From contig NW_021835903.1 in NCBI RefSeq assembly GCF_006345805.1, forward strand, positions 1-37,532: 37,532 nt of DNA, written 5' to 3'. Below are positions 1 to 10,591 of this stretch, piece after piece. The notes below the pieces were generated by a model that saw only the letters and a program-made list of their open reading frames with translations, was not told where the DNA came from and ran no database searches. The position numbers were made by a program, and so were the translations under genes. The stretch is from Octopus sinensis. Taxonomy: Eukaryota. The first letter of the stretch is position 1; each line of letters begins with the position of its first letter.

Positions 1-58
1 TCCCTGTAAATTTTGGAGCGAATCGGACGGATGTATTGGCATGTGATAGCGATCCAAG

Positions 59-373
59 CAGCACGTAAAGCACCATCCGAACGTGGCCGATTGCAGCACC
101 CAGACACGCCTTGACTTGCTTCTGTGCCGGTGGCACGTAAAAGCACCATCCGATCGTTGCCACTGCGAGCCCCCCTGGCACCAGTGCCGGCTGCACGAAA
201 AAACACTCACTACACTACACAGAGTGGTTGGCGTTAGGAAGGTCATCCACCTGTAGAAACACTGCCAGATCAGACTGGAGCGTGGTGCAGCCTCCTGGCT
301 TCCCAGACCCCGGTCACACTGCCCAACCCGTGCTAGCACGGAAAACGGACGTTAAACGATGATGAGATGATGA
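59..373 (+). mobile_element. RTE 3'-tail derived non-autonomous element / truncated LINE end
   Basis: Matches the 3' UTR of the RTE at 13600-14272 (gcaccatccgaacgtggccg modules, ccgtgctagcacggaaaacggacgttaaac) and ends in a (GAT)n tail. Confidence 0.85.
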
Positions 374-1077
374 TTCTCCCGTATTTGTTTCTCTCTCCTT
401 TCTCTCTCACTTTCCCACTCTCTTACTTTTTTTTCTCTCGGACCTCTCCCCGCTTTCTCTTACTCTCTATCTTTATCTATCTCTCTCCCATTTATAAACA
501 ACAGACGAACTTGCGAGCTGAATAAAATAATAAAAATATTGGAAACCAAAGTTTGAAGGGATAGAATCTGAGGATAGTAGAGTCACCATGGCTGGCATTT
601 GTTAACGACGGACAGCAACGTAGTGACAGTTAAACGGCTGGCGTAAATTTTGAACTTGATGTAAAAGAAAATTCGTAAACACCAAGTTTTGAAGTGATTC
701 TTTCTCACGACAGTAGACTTACCATGGCAAGCATTCAAAACTTCTTCATCATGGACGGCAACACATTGACGATTAAAGGCTGGCGCAATTTGTTTAGCTT
801 GATGTAACAGAGAATTCCTAAACACCCGCTCCTTGAAATTTAATATCCCCTTCCAGCCCCATTTAGACCCCTTTTCACATTTCGGTAATATAACCCGATT
901 TCATTCGGGTCTACTGGGGCCACATTTTATAAGATGAGAATTTTGTCCTAGAGGTGACGCCTTTCATTTGAGGAACAAAATAGTTGTCATGCAAACTTGT
1001 CAGCACCTTTAACATAGGTGTGCATATTTTCAGCTGAATCGACCGATTACGTAATGCACACATTATATATATATGTG

Positions 1078-1124
<47 letters not shown>

Positions 1125-1263
1125 ACGCATTATATATACAAATGTATACAAATGAGATATATATCTGTATAAATTAAATTAGAGATAAAACCACTAATAG
1201 GCAAATCAAACAGTGAAAAACCAAAACAAAAACATAAATAGAAAATATAACATAGAAAATATA

Positions 1264-2253
1264 TCTACATATATAAAAATGTAGTTGTGTGAGTGTCTGT
1301 CCCCTTCGATTTAGATTCCTAACTACTCCCACATTTTGCGGTGCAGTTTAACCAAATTCGGGTATCTTATAGTCGTGATTCATATCGAGCCCGTCTGGGT
1401 ATTAGCGCGCGTCTACGATGAGTCAACGATTTTAAAAATAATTTAACATTATTTTTTTATTCCATTTTAATGCATATTTTTTCGTGTGTCGATGGCGGCG
1501 GAGTTGGCGTCCACGCTCACGCCTGCACCTGTGTTGCTTCTCCCCCTTCCCTCCCTCGTGAAGCTGTGGGGAAGGAGTGTAAGGAAATCAATGTCGTAAT
1601 GCGTTGTCAAGGAGACCAGCGTTCTTTTAGAACAACGACTTCATGGCTTGAAGTCGCCAAACAGAAATCGCTAAAAAGCTGAAACAGATCCACAAAAACG
1701 GCAAAAACCACCACACAGGGCAGGTTTCCTGTGCAAACAATTTGCACAACCGAATGTTTTTAGTTGTTGCGAAATCTTATATATAAAAGTAAGGTTGTGT
1801 GCCTGTCTCCTACGATTTAGATATCTAACTACTCCCACACTTTGCGGTGCAGTGTAACCAAAACCGGGTATCTTATAGTCCGTGATTCATATCGAGCCCT
1901 TCTGGGTATTAGTCTACGATTTAAAAAAAATTACCATCATTCTTTATTCCATTTTAATGCATTTTTTCGCTATTATATATAAGGAAGTAACACTCTAAAA
2001 AGTCTACGATGAGTCAACGATTAAAAAAAAATTACCATAATTTTTTATTTCCATTTTAATGCATTTTCACTATTATATAAGGGAAGTAACTCTCTAAAAA
2101 TGTCTACGATGAGTCAACGATTAAAAAAAAAATTACCATCATTTTTTATTCCATTTTTAATGCATTTTTTGCTATTTTTTGGCTATAACTCACTAAAAAT
2201 GCTTATATAGTTATTTCCCTTACAAACCCGAGCACGCCGGGCGATACTGCTAG
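1264..2253 (+). mobile_element. Non-autonomous Helitron-like element (composite, second 5' module at 1775)
   Basis: A|TCtacatatataaaaat 5' end. The 3' end has a cccgagcacgccggg hairpin followed by ...actgCTAG|T. This fits insertion between A and T with no TSD. Confidence 0.8.
1914..2175 (+). repeat. ~90-100 bp minisatellite inside the Helitron, 3 copies
   Basis: ctacgat(gagtcaacga)ttaaaaaaaattaccat...taactctctaaaaatgt units start at 1914, 2004 and 2104. Confidence 0.9.
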
Positions 2254-2389
2254 TAAAATATAAAATTGAAAAATTTAAATTATTTAAATTGAAAATAAAA
2301 ATTATTAAATTATATTTATAATTTGTTAAAAAATATATATACTATGAAAAAGTAAAAAAAGTTTAATATACATAAATACAGATATATGC

Positions 2390-2669
2390 ACTTTGTATAT
2401 ATACATTATATATACATATTTATATAGAACACACACACACGTACATTATATATACATATTTATATATAGAACACACACACAGACCACACACACATACATT
2501 ATATATACATATTTATATATAGAACACACACACACACACACAACATTATATATACATATTATATATAGAACACACACCACACACATACATTATATATACT
2601 ATATATATATATAGAACACACACACACACACACACATACATTATATATACATATTTATATATAGAAACA

Positions 2670-2710
<41 letters not shown>
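2390..2710. repeat. Compound (TA)/(CA) minisatellite (tatatagaacacaca...catacattatatatacatatt units)
   Basis: Seen directly; source of the spurious His/Thr/Tyr/Ile ORFs. Confidence 0.9.
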
Positions 2711-3083
2711 AATGAACGCAAGAATATCTGATTCATAATATTTGTTCTCATGCTCGTGTTTTGTTTGTTGGTGACAGACATATACTTAAGAGAACGTCGC
2801 CGAAGTGATAGGAAGTTAGGAAACAGTGTCAGTGAAAAAGAAGGAAATAGCGATAGTGACAGATACTTAATACAGTAGTGGGCATTCTGAAAGTTATAAA
2901 TGAAGAGGAGTAAGAGGGAAAGGAGGAAATATGGTGAGTGAGGAAGATGGCCCCTAGCAACCACACTTTTTAAGATAGGGATTTTCTAACGTAGCCCAAC
3001 CACAATCGTCACCTCATTCTACATGTCCCTGTAAATTTTGGAGCGAATCGGACGGGATGTAGTGGCATTGATAGCGATCCAAG

Positions 3084-3393
3084 CAGCACGTAAAAAGCAC
3101 CATCCGAACGTGGCCGATTGCAGCACCGCCTTGACTTGCTTCTGTGCCGGTGGCACGTAAAAAGCACCAACTGATCGTTGCCACTGCGAGCCCCCTGGCA
3201 CCCAGTGCCGACAGCACGAAAAAAACCACTATACTCACAGAGTGGTTGGCGTTAGGAAGGTCATCCACCTGTAGAAACACTGCCAGATCAGACTGGAGCC
3301 TGTTCAGTCTCCTGGCTTCCGAGACCCCGGTCGCACTGCCCAACCCGTGCTAGCACGGAAAACGGACGTTAAACGATGATGATGATGATGATC
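3084..3393 (+). mobile_element. RTE 3'-tail derived element (duplicate of 59-373)
   Basis: Same modules and (GAT)n tail. Confidence 0.85.
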
Positions 3394-4375
3394 CTCCGTA
3401 TTGTTTCTCTCTCCTTTCTCTCTCACTTTCCCACTCTCTTACTTTTCTTTTCTCTCGGACTCTCCCTCGCTTTCTCTACTCTCTATCTATTATCTATCTC
3501 TCTCCCATTTTAAACAACAGAAGATCTTGAGTAAGTTGAGAAATAAAATATTTAGAAAGATCAATCAGAAATATGAGGCAGTGGCAATGGAAAGGTCTGC
3601 TTGAAGGCAGACAGCAAAACGCTAACATTTAAAAGGGACAGACGAACTTGCGAGCTGAATAAAAATAATAAAATATTGGAAACCAAAGTTTGAAGGGATA
3701 GAATCTGAGGATAGTAGAGTCACCATGGCTGGCATTTGTTAACGACGGACAGCAACGTAGTGAAAGTTTAACAGCTGGCGTAAAATTTTGAACTTGATGT
3801 AAAAGAAAATTCGTAAACACCAAGTTTTGAAGTGATTATTTCTCACGACAGTAGACTCACCATGGCAAGCATTCAAAACTTCTTTATCATGGACGGCAAC
3901 ACATTGACGATTAAAAGGATGGCGCAAATTTTTTAGCTTGATGTAACAGAGAATTCCTAAACACCGCTCCTTGAAATTTAAATCCCCTTCCAGCCCCATT
4001 TAGACCCCTTTTCACATTTTGGTTAATATAACCCGATTTCATTCGGGTCTACTGGGCCACATTTTATAAGATGAGGAATTTTTGTCCTAGAGGTGACGCC
4101 TTTATTTGAGGAACAAAATAGTTGTCATGCAAACTTGTCAGCACCTTTAACATAGGTGTGCATATTTTCAGCTGAATCGACCGACTCCTAATGCACACAT
4201 TATATATATATATACATATGTGTATATATATATGTGTGTGTGTGCACGCATTATATATACAAATGAGATATATATCTGTATAAATTAAATTAGAGATAAA
4301 CCACTAATAGGCAAATCAAACAGTGAAAAACAAAAACAAAAACATAAAAAAAGAAAATATAACATAGAAAATATA

Positions 4376-5487
4376 TCTATATATATAAAACTGTAGTTGT
4401 GTGAGTGTCTGTCCCCTTCGATTTAGATTCCTAACTACTCCACATTTTGCGGTGCAGTTTAACCAAATTCAGGTATCGTATAGTCGTGATTCATATCGAG
4501 CCCGTCTGGGTATTAGCGCGCGTCTACGATGAGTCTACGATTTTAAAAATAATTTAACATAATTTTTTATTCCATTTTAATGCATATTTTTTCGTGTGTC
4601 GATGGCGGCGGAGTTGGCGTCCACGCTCACGCCTGCACCTGTGTTGCTTCTCCCCCTTCTTCCCTCCCTCGTGAACGCTGTGGTGAAGGGAGTGTAAGGA
4701 AATCAATGTCGTAATGCGTTGTCAAGGAGACCAGCGTTCTTTTAGAACAACGACTTCATGGCTTGAAGTCGCCAAAACAGAAATCGCTAAAAAAGCTGAA
4801 ACAGATCCACAAAAACGGCAAAAACCGCCACACAGGGCAGGTTTCCTGTGCAAACAATTTGCACAACCGAATGTTTTAGTTGTTGCGCAAATCTTTATAT
4901 ATAAAAGTAAGGTTGTGTGCCTGTCTCCTACGATTTAGATTTCTAACTACTCCCACATTTTGCGGTGCAGTGTAACCAAAACCGGGTATCTAATAGTTAT
5001 GATTCATATCTAGCCCTTCTGGGTATTAGCGCGCGTCTACGATGAGTCTACGATTTAAAAAAAAATTACCATCATTTTTTATTCCATTTTAATGCATTTT
5101 TCACTATTATATAAGGGAAGTAACTCTCTAAAAATGTCTACGATGAGTCAACGATTAAAAAAAAATTACCATCATTTTTTATTCCATTTTAATGCATTTT
5201 TCGCTATTATATAAAGGAAGTAACACTCTAAAAATGTCTACTATGAGTCAACGATTAAAAAAAAATTTACCATAATTTTTTATTCCATTTTAATGCATTT
5301 TTCGCTATTATATAAGGGAAGTAACTCTCTAAAAATGTCTACGATGAGTCAACGATTAAAAAAAAAATTACCATCATTTTTTATTCCATTTTTAATGCAT
5401 TTTTTGCTATTTTTTGGCTATAACTCACTAAAAATGCTTATATAGTTATTCCCTTACAAACCCGAGCAACGCCGGCGATACTGCTAG
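4376..5487 (+). mobile_element. Non-autonomous Helitron-like element (duplicate; second 5' module at 4892)
   Basis: A|TCtatatatataaaactgtag ... cccgagcaacgccggcgatactgCTAG|T. The internal 100-bp repeat has 4 copies (5037, 5138, 5238, 5339). Confidence 0.8.
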
Positions 5488-5619
5488 TAAAATATAAAAT
5501 TGAAAACTTTAAATTATTTAAATTGAAAATAAAAATTATTAAATTATATTTATAATTTGTTAAAAATATATATAACTATAAAAGTAAGAAAAAGTTTAAT
5601 ATACATAAATACAGATATA

Positions 5620-5975
5620 TGCACTTTGTATATATACATTATATATACATATTTATATATAGAACACACACACTACATTATATATACATATTTATATATA
5701 GAACACACACACACACACACATACATTATATATACATATTTATATATAGAACACATACACACACACACATACTTATATATACATATTTATATATAGAACA
5801 CACACACACACACATACATTATATATACATATATATATATATAACAACACACACACACACACACACATACATTATATATACATATTTATATATAAACACA
5901 CACACACATACATTATATATACATATTTATATATAGAACACCACACACACACACACACCCACACACACATATATA
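5620..5975. repeat. Compound (TA)/(CA) minisatellite (duplicate of 2390-2710)
   Basis: Seen directly. Confidence 0.9.
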
Positions 5976-6217
5976 ATGAACGCAAGAATATCTGATTCAT
6001 AATATTTGTTCTCATGCTCGTGTGTTGTTTGTTGGTGACAGACATATACTTCAAAGAACGTCGCCGAAGTGATAGGAAGGTAGGAAACAGTGTCAGTGAA
6101 AAAGAAAGGAAATAGCGATAGTGACAGATACTTTAAATAACCGTAGTGGACTTCTGAAAGTTATGAAGAGGAGTGAGAGAGTACTGAAGGAAGTAGGGTG
6201 AGTGAGGAAGATGGCCC

Positions 6218-6704
6218 CTAGCAACCACACCCTTTTAAGATAGGGATTTCTAAGGTAGCCCACGCGCATCGTCACCCTCATTCTACATGTCCTGTAAATG
6301 TTGGAGCGAATCGGACGGGATTGTAGTGGCATTGAAAGCGATCCAAGAAGATGGGGATTTCTAAGGTAGCCACGCGCATCGTCACCTCATTCTACATGTC
6401 CTGTAATTTTGGAGCGAATCGGACGGGATGTAGTGGCATTGAAAGCGATCCAAGAAGATAGGGATTTCTAAGGTAGCCCACGCGCATCGTCACCTCATTC
6501 TACATGTCCCTGTATATTTTGGAGCGAATCGGACGGGATGTAGTGGCATTGAAAGCGATCCAAGAAGATAGGGATTTCTAAGGTAGCCCACGCGCATCGT
6601 CACCTTATTCTACATGTCCCTGTAAATTTTGGAGCGAATCGGACGGGATGTAGTGGCATTGATAGCGATCCAAGCGGTAAAAACGCATTTCAGTTTTATA
6701 TAGA
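6218..6704 (-). mobile_element. Helitron-like non-autonomous element containing the 110-bp array
   Basis: The minus strand starts A|TCtatataaaactgaaatgcg, the same 5' style as the + strand Helitrons. The putative 3' end is ccctatcttaaaaggg hairpin + gtggttgCTAG, but the next base is G rather than the canonical T. Confidence 0.5.
6237..6674. repeat. Tandem array, 4 x ~110 bp
   Basis: aagatagggatttctaaggtagcccacgcgcatcgtcacctcattctacatgtccctgtaaattttggagcgaatcggacgggatgtagtggcattgaaagcgatccaag. Unit ends at 6347, 6454, 6564 and 6674. Confidence 0.95.
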
Positions 6705-6736
6705 TATATATATATATATATAGATAGATAGATAGG

Positions 6737-6822
<86 letters not shown>
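6703..6822. repeat. (TA)n then (GATA)n microsatellite
   Basis: Seen directly. Confidence 0.95.
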
Positions 6823-6920
6823 TGGAGTTAAACACGGGTGTTGTTCAAATTCTTTTACTTCCTGGTACCTGTTTATGTATTTTTTCTGTGTTAATTGTTA
6901 ACAAGGAAAAATACTCATTC

Positions 6921-6974
<54 letters not shown>

Positions 6975-6977
<3 letters not shown>

Positions 6978-7180
6978 TGTGCATCTGTGACTGTCGACCC
7001 CCACCATCGTTTGAGAACCAGTGTTGTGTGTTTACACCCCTATAACTTAGTAGTACAGCAAAAAAGACCAATAGAAAAACTACTAAGCTTACAAAGAGTA
7101 AGTCCTCGGATCGATTTCTTCTACTAAAGGTGGTGCTCCAGCATGACCACATTCAAATTACTGAAACAAGTAAAGGAATA
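6975..7180 (+). mobile_element. 3' half of tRNA-derived SINE family A
   Basis: cccctataacttagtag..caaaaaagaccaatagaa...aaggtggtgctccagcatgaccac...actgaaacaagtaaaggaataa, shared with 14375-14720. Confidence 0.7.
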
Positions 7181-7549
7181 AGAGAATACATATACATATG
7201 TGCACACATACATATAAGTTAGTTCCTGGGAGATTATTTGCAGAGAAACCCAACCTGAGCTCTGGGCTGTTGGATTCCAGACCAATACCAAAATTCTTCA
7301 AGCATAAGAAATGCCGGTTTCCCAACAGTAACACCATAGTTGTGTTACACAGACATATACACAGATATATATATATATACATACATGTGTATATATAAAC
7401 ATGTGAGTGTGTATGTGTATATATATACACACATATATATATATATATACATACGTATATAAAAATAAGCATATCTATATATATATGTGTGTATTTATGA
7501 GAAGGTTGTATGTTATTTCAGGAAAATTTCTTTATTATTTCTAACAAGA

Positions 7550-7848
7550 CTATGGCTATGCTGGAGCACTGCCTTAATTGAGCAAATCGACCCCAGTATT
7601 TTTTCTTTGTAAGCCTAGTACTTATTCTATCAGTCTCTTTTGCTAAGCTACTGCTAAGCTATGGGGGACATATACACACACATACATATTATAGAGAATG
7701 GGCTTCTTTCAGTTTCCATCTACCAAATCTACTTACAAGGCTTTGGTTGGCCCCAGGCTATAGTAGAAGTCACTTGTGCAAGGTGCCACACAGTGGGACT
7801 GAACCGAGAGCCATGTGGTTGGTAAGCAATCTACTTACTACACAGCCG
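7550..7848 (-). mobile_element. tRNA-derived SINE family A (CORE/OR-type-like)
   Basis: Minus strand: ggctgtgtagtaagtag (A box) ... ggttcagtccca (B box) ctgtgtggcaccttgcacaagtgacttctactatagc ... aaggcagtgctccagcat. Confidence 0.8.
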
Positions 7849-8537
7849 CTCCCACACCTACACACATAGAAATGTATATACACACAGACATGTACATATG
7901 TGTATATCCATCTATATATACATACACAAGAGTATACACACACACACACACACACACACAACGAGGAGGCAATGCCTACTACTCCCGGATATATTATAAG
8001 TATCCTCTTAACTGTTGCCATATCTTCATTGCTGTTCGAGCGAAGCAGACTCACAGGATATTTCTGAGACAGAAAGACTTCAAGCCAGTATCAAAACCCA
8101 ATAACCAACCCTGGTAAATAATTCTTCTCCTATTTATTTAACACACAATTACCACCACATTACATTGCTAAACATTCATTAGACTTATTTCAAACATAAA
8201 TATACTGTTATATAGATATTGTTTTATTTGCACACACCATTTTATAGACTAAACATTGTTTAAACATTTGCAGTGTCACATCACAAGTAAAACCTTTCAT
8301 TTCCAGAATATAATATAAAGTATGGTTTGGTTATAACTGTCAAAACTATTTGATGGAAATGTTCATCTAAGGATACATCATTTTACGTAGTTTAAAGTGG
8401 ATTTCTAAGTCTCAAGTGAAATTTAAAATTTGCAAATTAATTTCATGGCAGATAAATTAATTGGCTGTTTTTCATAAACTTAATTTTTTAAAAGCTTAGT
8501 CAAGAACGGCCCTGCATATAACCCTTTCTTTTTCTAG

Positions 8538-8551
8538 GGTCTTCGACAGTG
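8538..8551 (+). other. Candidate 14-nt microexon
   Basis: ctttctttttctAG|ggtcttcgacagtg|GTaagt: strong acceptor and consensus donor. No transcript evidence. Confidence 0.3.
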
Positions 8552-9777
8552 GTAAGTGGGAGAAAGACATTCTCAAAACAAGGGGCCTAAAGTGATTGCA
8601 GACAAAAGAAAATCCTCTGCTAAAAGCAGCTCAGGGGCCAGCTTTTGGTGTGAAATTTGGTGATAGATTTAGTCTGCAACATAGGGTGGCCACAATGGGA
8701 TTTGAACTCAGTTCATAATGAACCACATTACCTACTGGTAGGCATCGTGTCCAGTATTTAATTCTACCACCTCAAACTAGTATTTAAATTATTGACCCCT
8801 GCATAATAAAAGTCAAAGTTGACCATGCCAGAATTTGAACCCAGAACACAAATTGTCAGTACTAATACCATTCTAACGACTCTACTAATTGAAATGTTTT
8901 AAACTGATTTTTTATTTCAATATTAAACTTTGTATATAAATGGAATTGTTCTGGTGATTTCATTTCCATTTTATATCTTGAAGCAAACAAGAAGAATTGT
9001 TTAAATATTAAACAATTTGGTGACAACATATATTTTCTCTCTCAGCACATCTTTATCCTACATCAACATTTTAATGTGCAATGCATTAAATATGTTTTCT
9101 CACCATCTTTGATATTATTTATCAGATGGATGGCTTCTGAGAATTATTTCAAATTGTCTGCATTTATTATAAACTCTTACAAACTAACAACAAAGTCCCT
9201 AAAATGCCCCTAAAAACATATTCAATCATGACAACTTATGGGAGGGTCATGGTTAGAAAGTTTTGACTATAGCATTGCTAGACAAGAATTAACTTTCAGG
9301 TAAAAATCAAAAATGGAAATCATAGTTTTAATATATTTTAAACAAATGTATTTCTTTCATTTTAGATATATTTACTGTTTATAAAAATAATTTTAATGAT
9401 TCAATATTTCAACTTTATAAATTGTATTTCGGAATTATAAAAGTTAAACATCCTATTAAATTTAAAAAGATTGTATTTTTAATATATGTTATAAATTTGT
9501 ATATTTCTTTAAGTTAACCAAGAGAATTGTCTAAAAATTAAACAATTCCAAGGTAACATCAGATATACCAACGAACATGCACCTGTGTATAATGTAATTA
9601 ATCATTTGTTATTACCTGGCCAAGGTACGACCTGGTTATGTTTCTCTAATGATGCTCTCTCAAGCAATAATATATTCATAGAAATCAAACAGTTAAACAA
9701 GTGAACTTATTCATGTAAAAAGGGGTCTGTTGGCAAAGGCATTCACACATTTTACTAAAATTTTGGTTCAATTTCGA

Positions 9778-10025
<248 letters not shown>

Positions 10026-10303
10026 ATTAATCAAAATAAAAGCATGATGCCAAGGATTCAGCGGTACATATGTTTCGGGCCTTTATTAGACAGATTTATA
10101 ATAATGCATAATGTATGTCTGTTTTTTCGGTATGCGGTCAAGCAACCTGTTTGCCTGTCCCTTTTTCTTATATACAATATATATACTGAACTTTACAGAA
10201 GTTCCTGCCGGTAATCGGCTATATTTACATACCGAATTGTACCAGTAAATAATTGGGGTTTTTTTAAAAGCCTTTATAGAAATTATTTACTCTTATTATT
10301 ATT

Positions 10304-10358
<55 letters not shown>

Positions 10359-10369
10359 GTGTGTGTGTA

Positions 10370-10575
10370 TATGTTTGTGCTTATGTTTGTCCCCCAGCTT
10401 CGCTTGACAACCGATTTTGATGTTTGCGTCCCTGTATCTTAGCGATTTGGCAAAAGAGACTGATAGAATAAGTATTGGGCAAAACAAAGAATAAGAACTG
10501 GGGTCCATTTATATTTGACTACAGGTGGTGCTCCAGCATGGCTGCAGTCAATTGACTGAAACAAATAAAGGAATA
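10370..10575 (+). mobile_element. 3' half of SINE family A
   Basis: cttgacaaccgattttgatgtttgcgtccctgtatcttagcgatttggcaaaagagactgatagaataag...ggtggtgctccagcatggctgcagtc. Confidence 0.75.
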
Positions 10576-10591
10576 CAATATATACATATAT

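Larger units (their letters stand above)
59..6347. repeat. Direct tandem segmental duplication: unit A 59-3083, unit B 3084-6347 (1-58 is the tail of a preceding unit or of the donor)
   Basis: Both units start cagcacgtaaa(aa)gcaccatccgaacgtggccg after gatccaag. Both carry the same order of RTE tail, CT-rich tract, Helitron, CA/TA minisatellite and gacagatac...gatggcccctagcaaccacac. They differ by many 1-bp indels, a 121-bp indel and minisatellite copy number. Confidence 0.95.

Noticed and set aside
6237-6674. CRISPR-like array
   Set aside because: The units are near-identical full-length tandem copies with no unique spacers, there are no cas genes, and the context is eukaryotic.
911-7472. 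Numerous HTHTH / IYIYI / YLSIYLS ORFs here and elsewhere in the window
   Set aside because: Products of (CA)n, (TA)n and (GATA)n repeats.
7770-8117. Small overlapping ORFs / possible exon
   Set aside because: They run through SINE and (CA)n sequence, with no recognisable domain or convincing splice pair.
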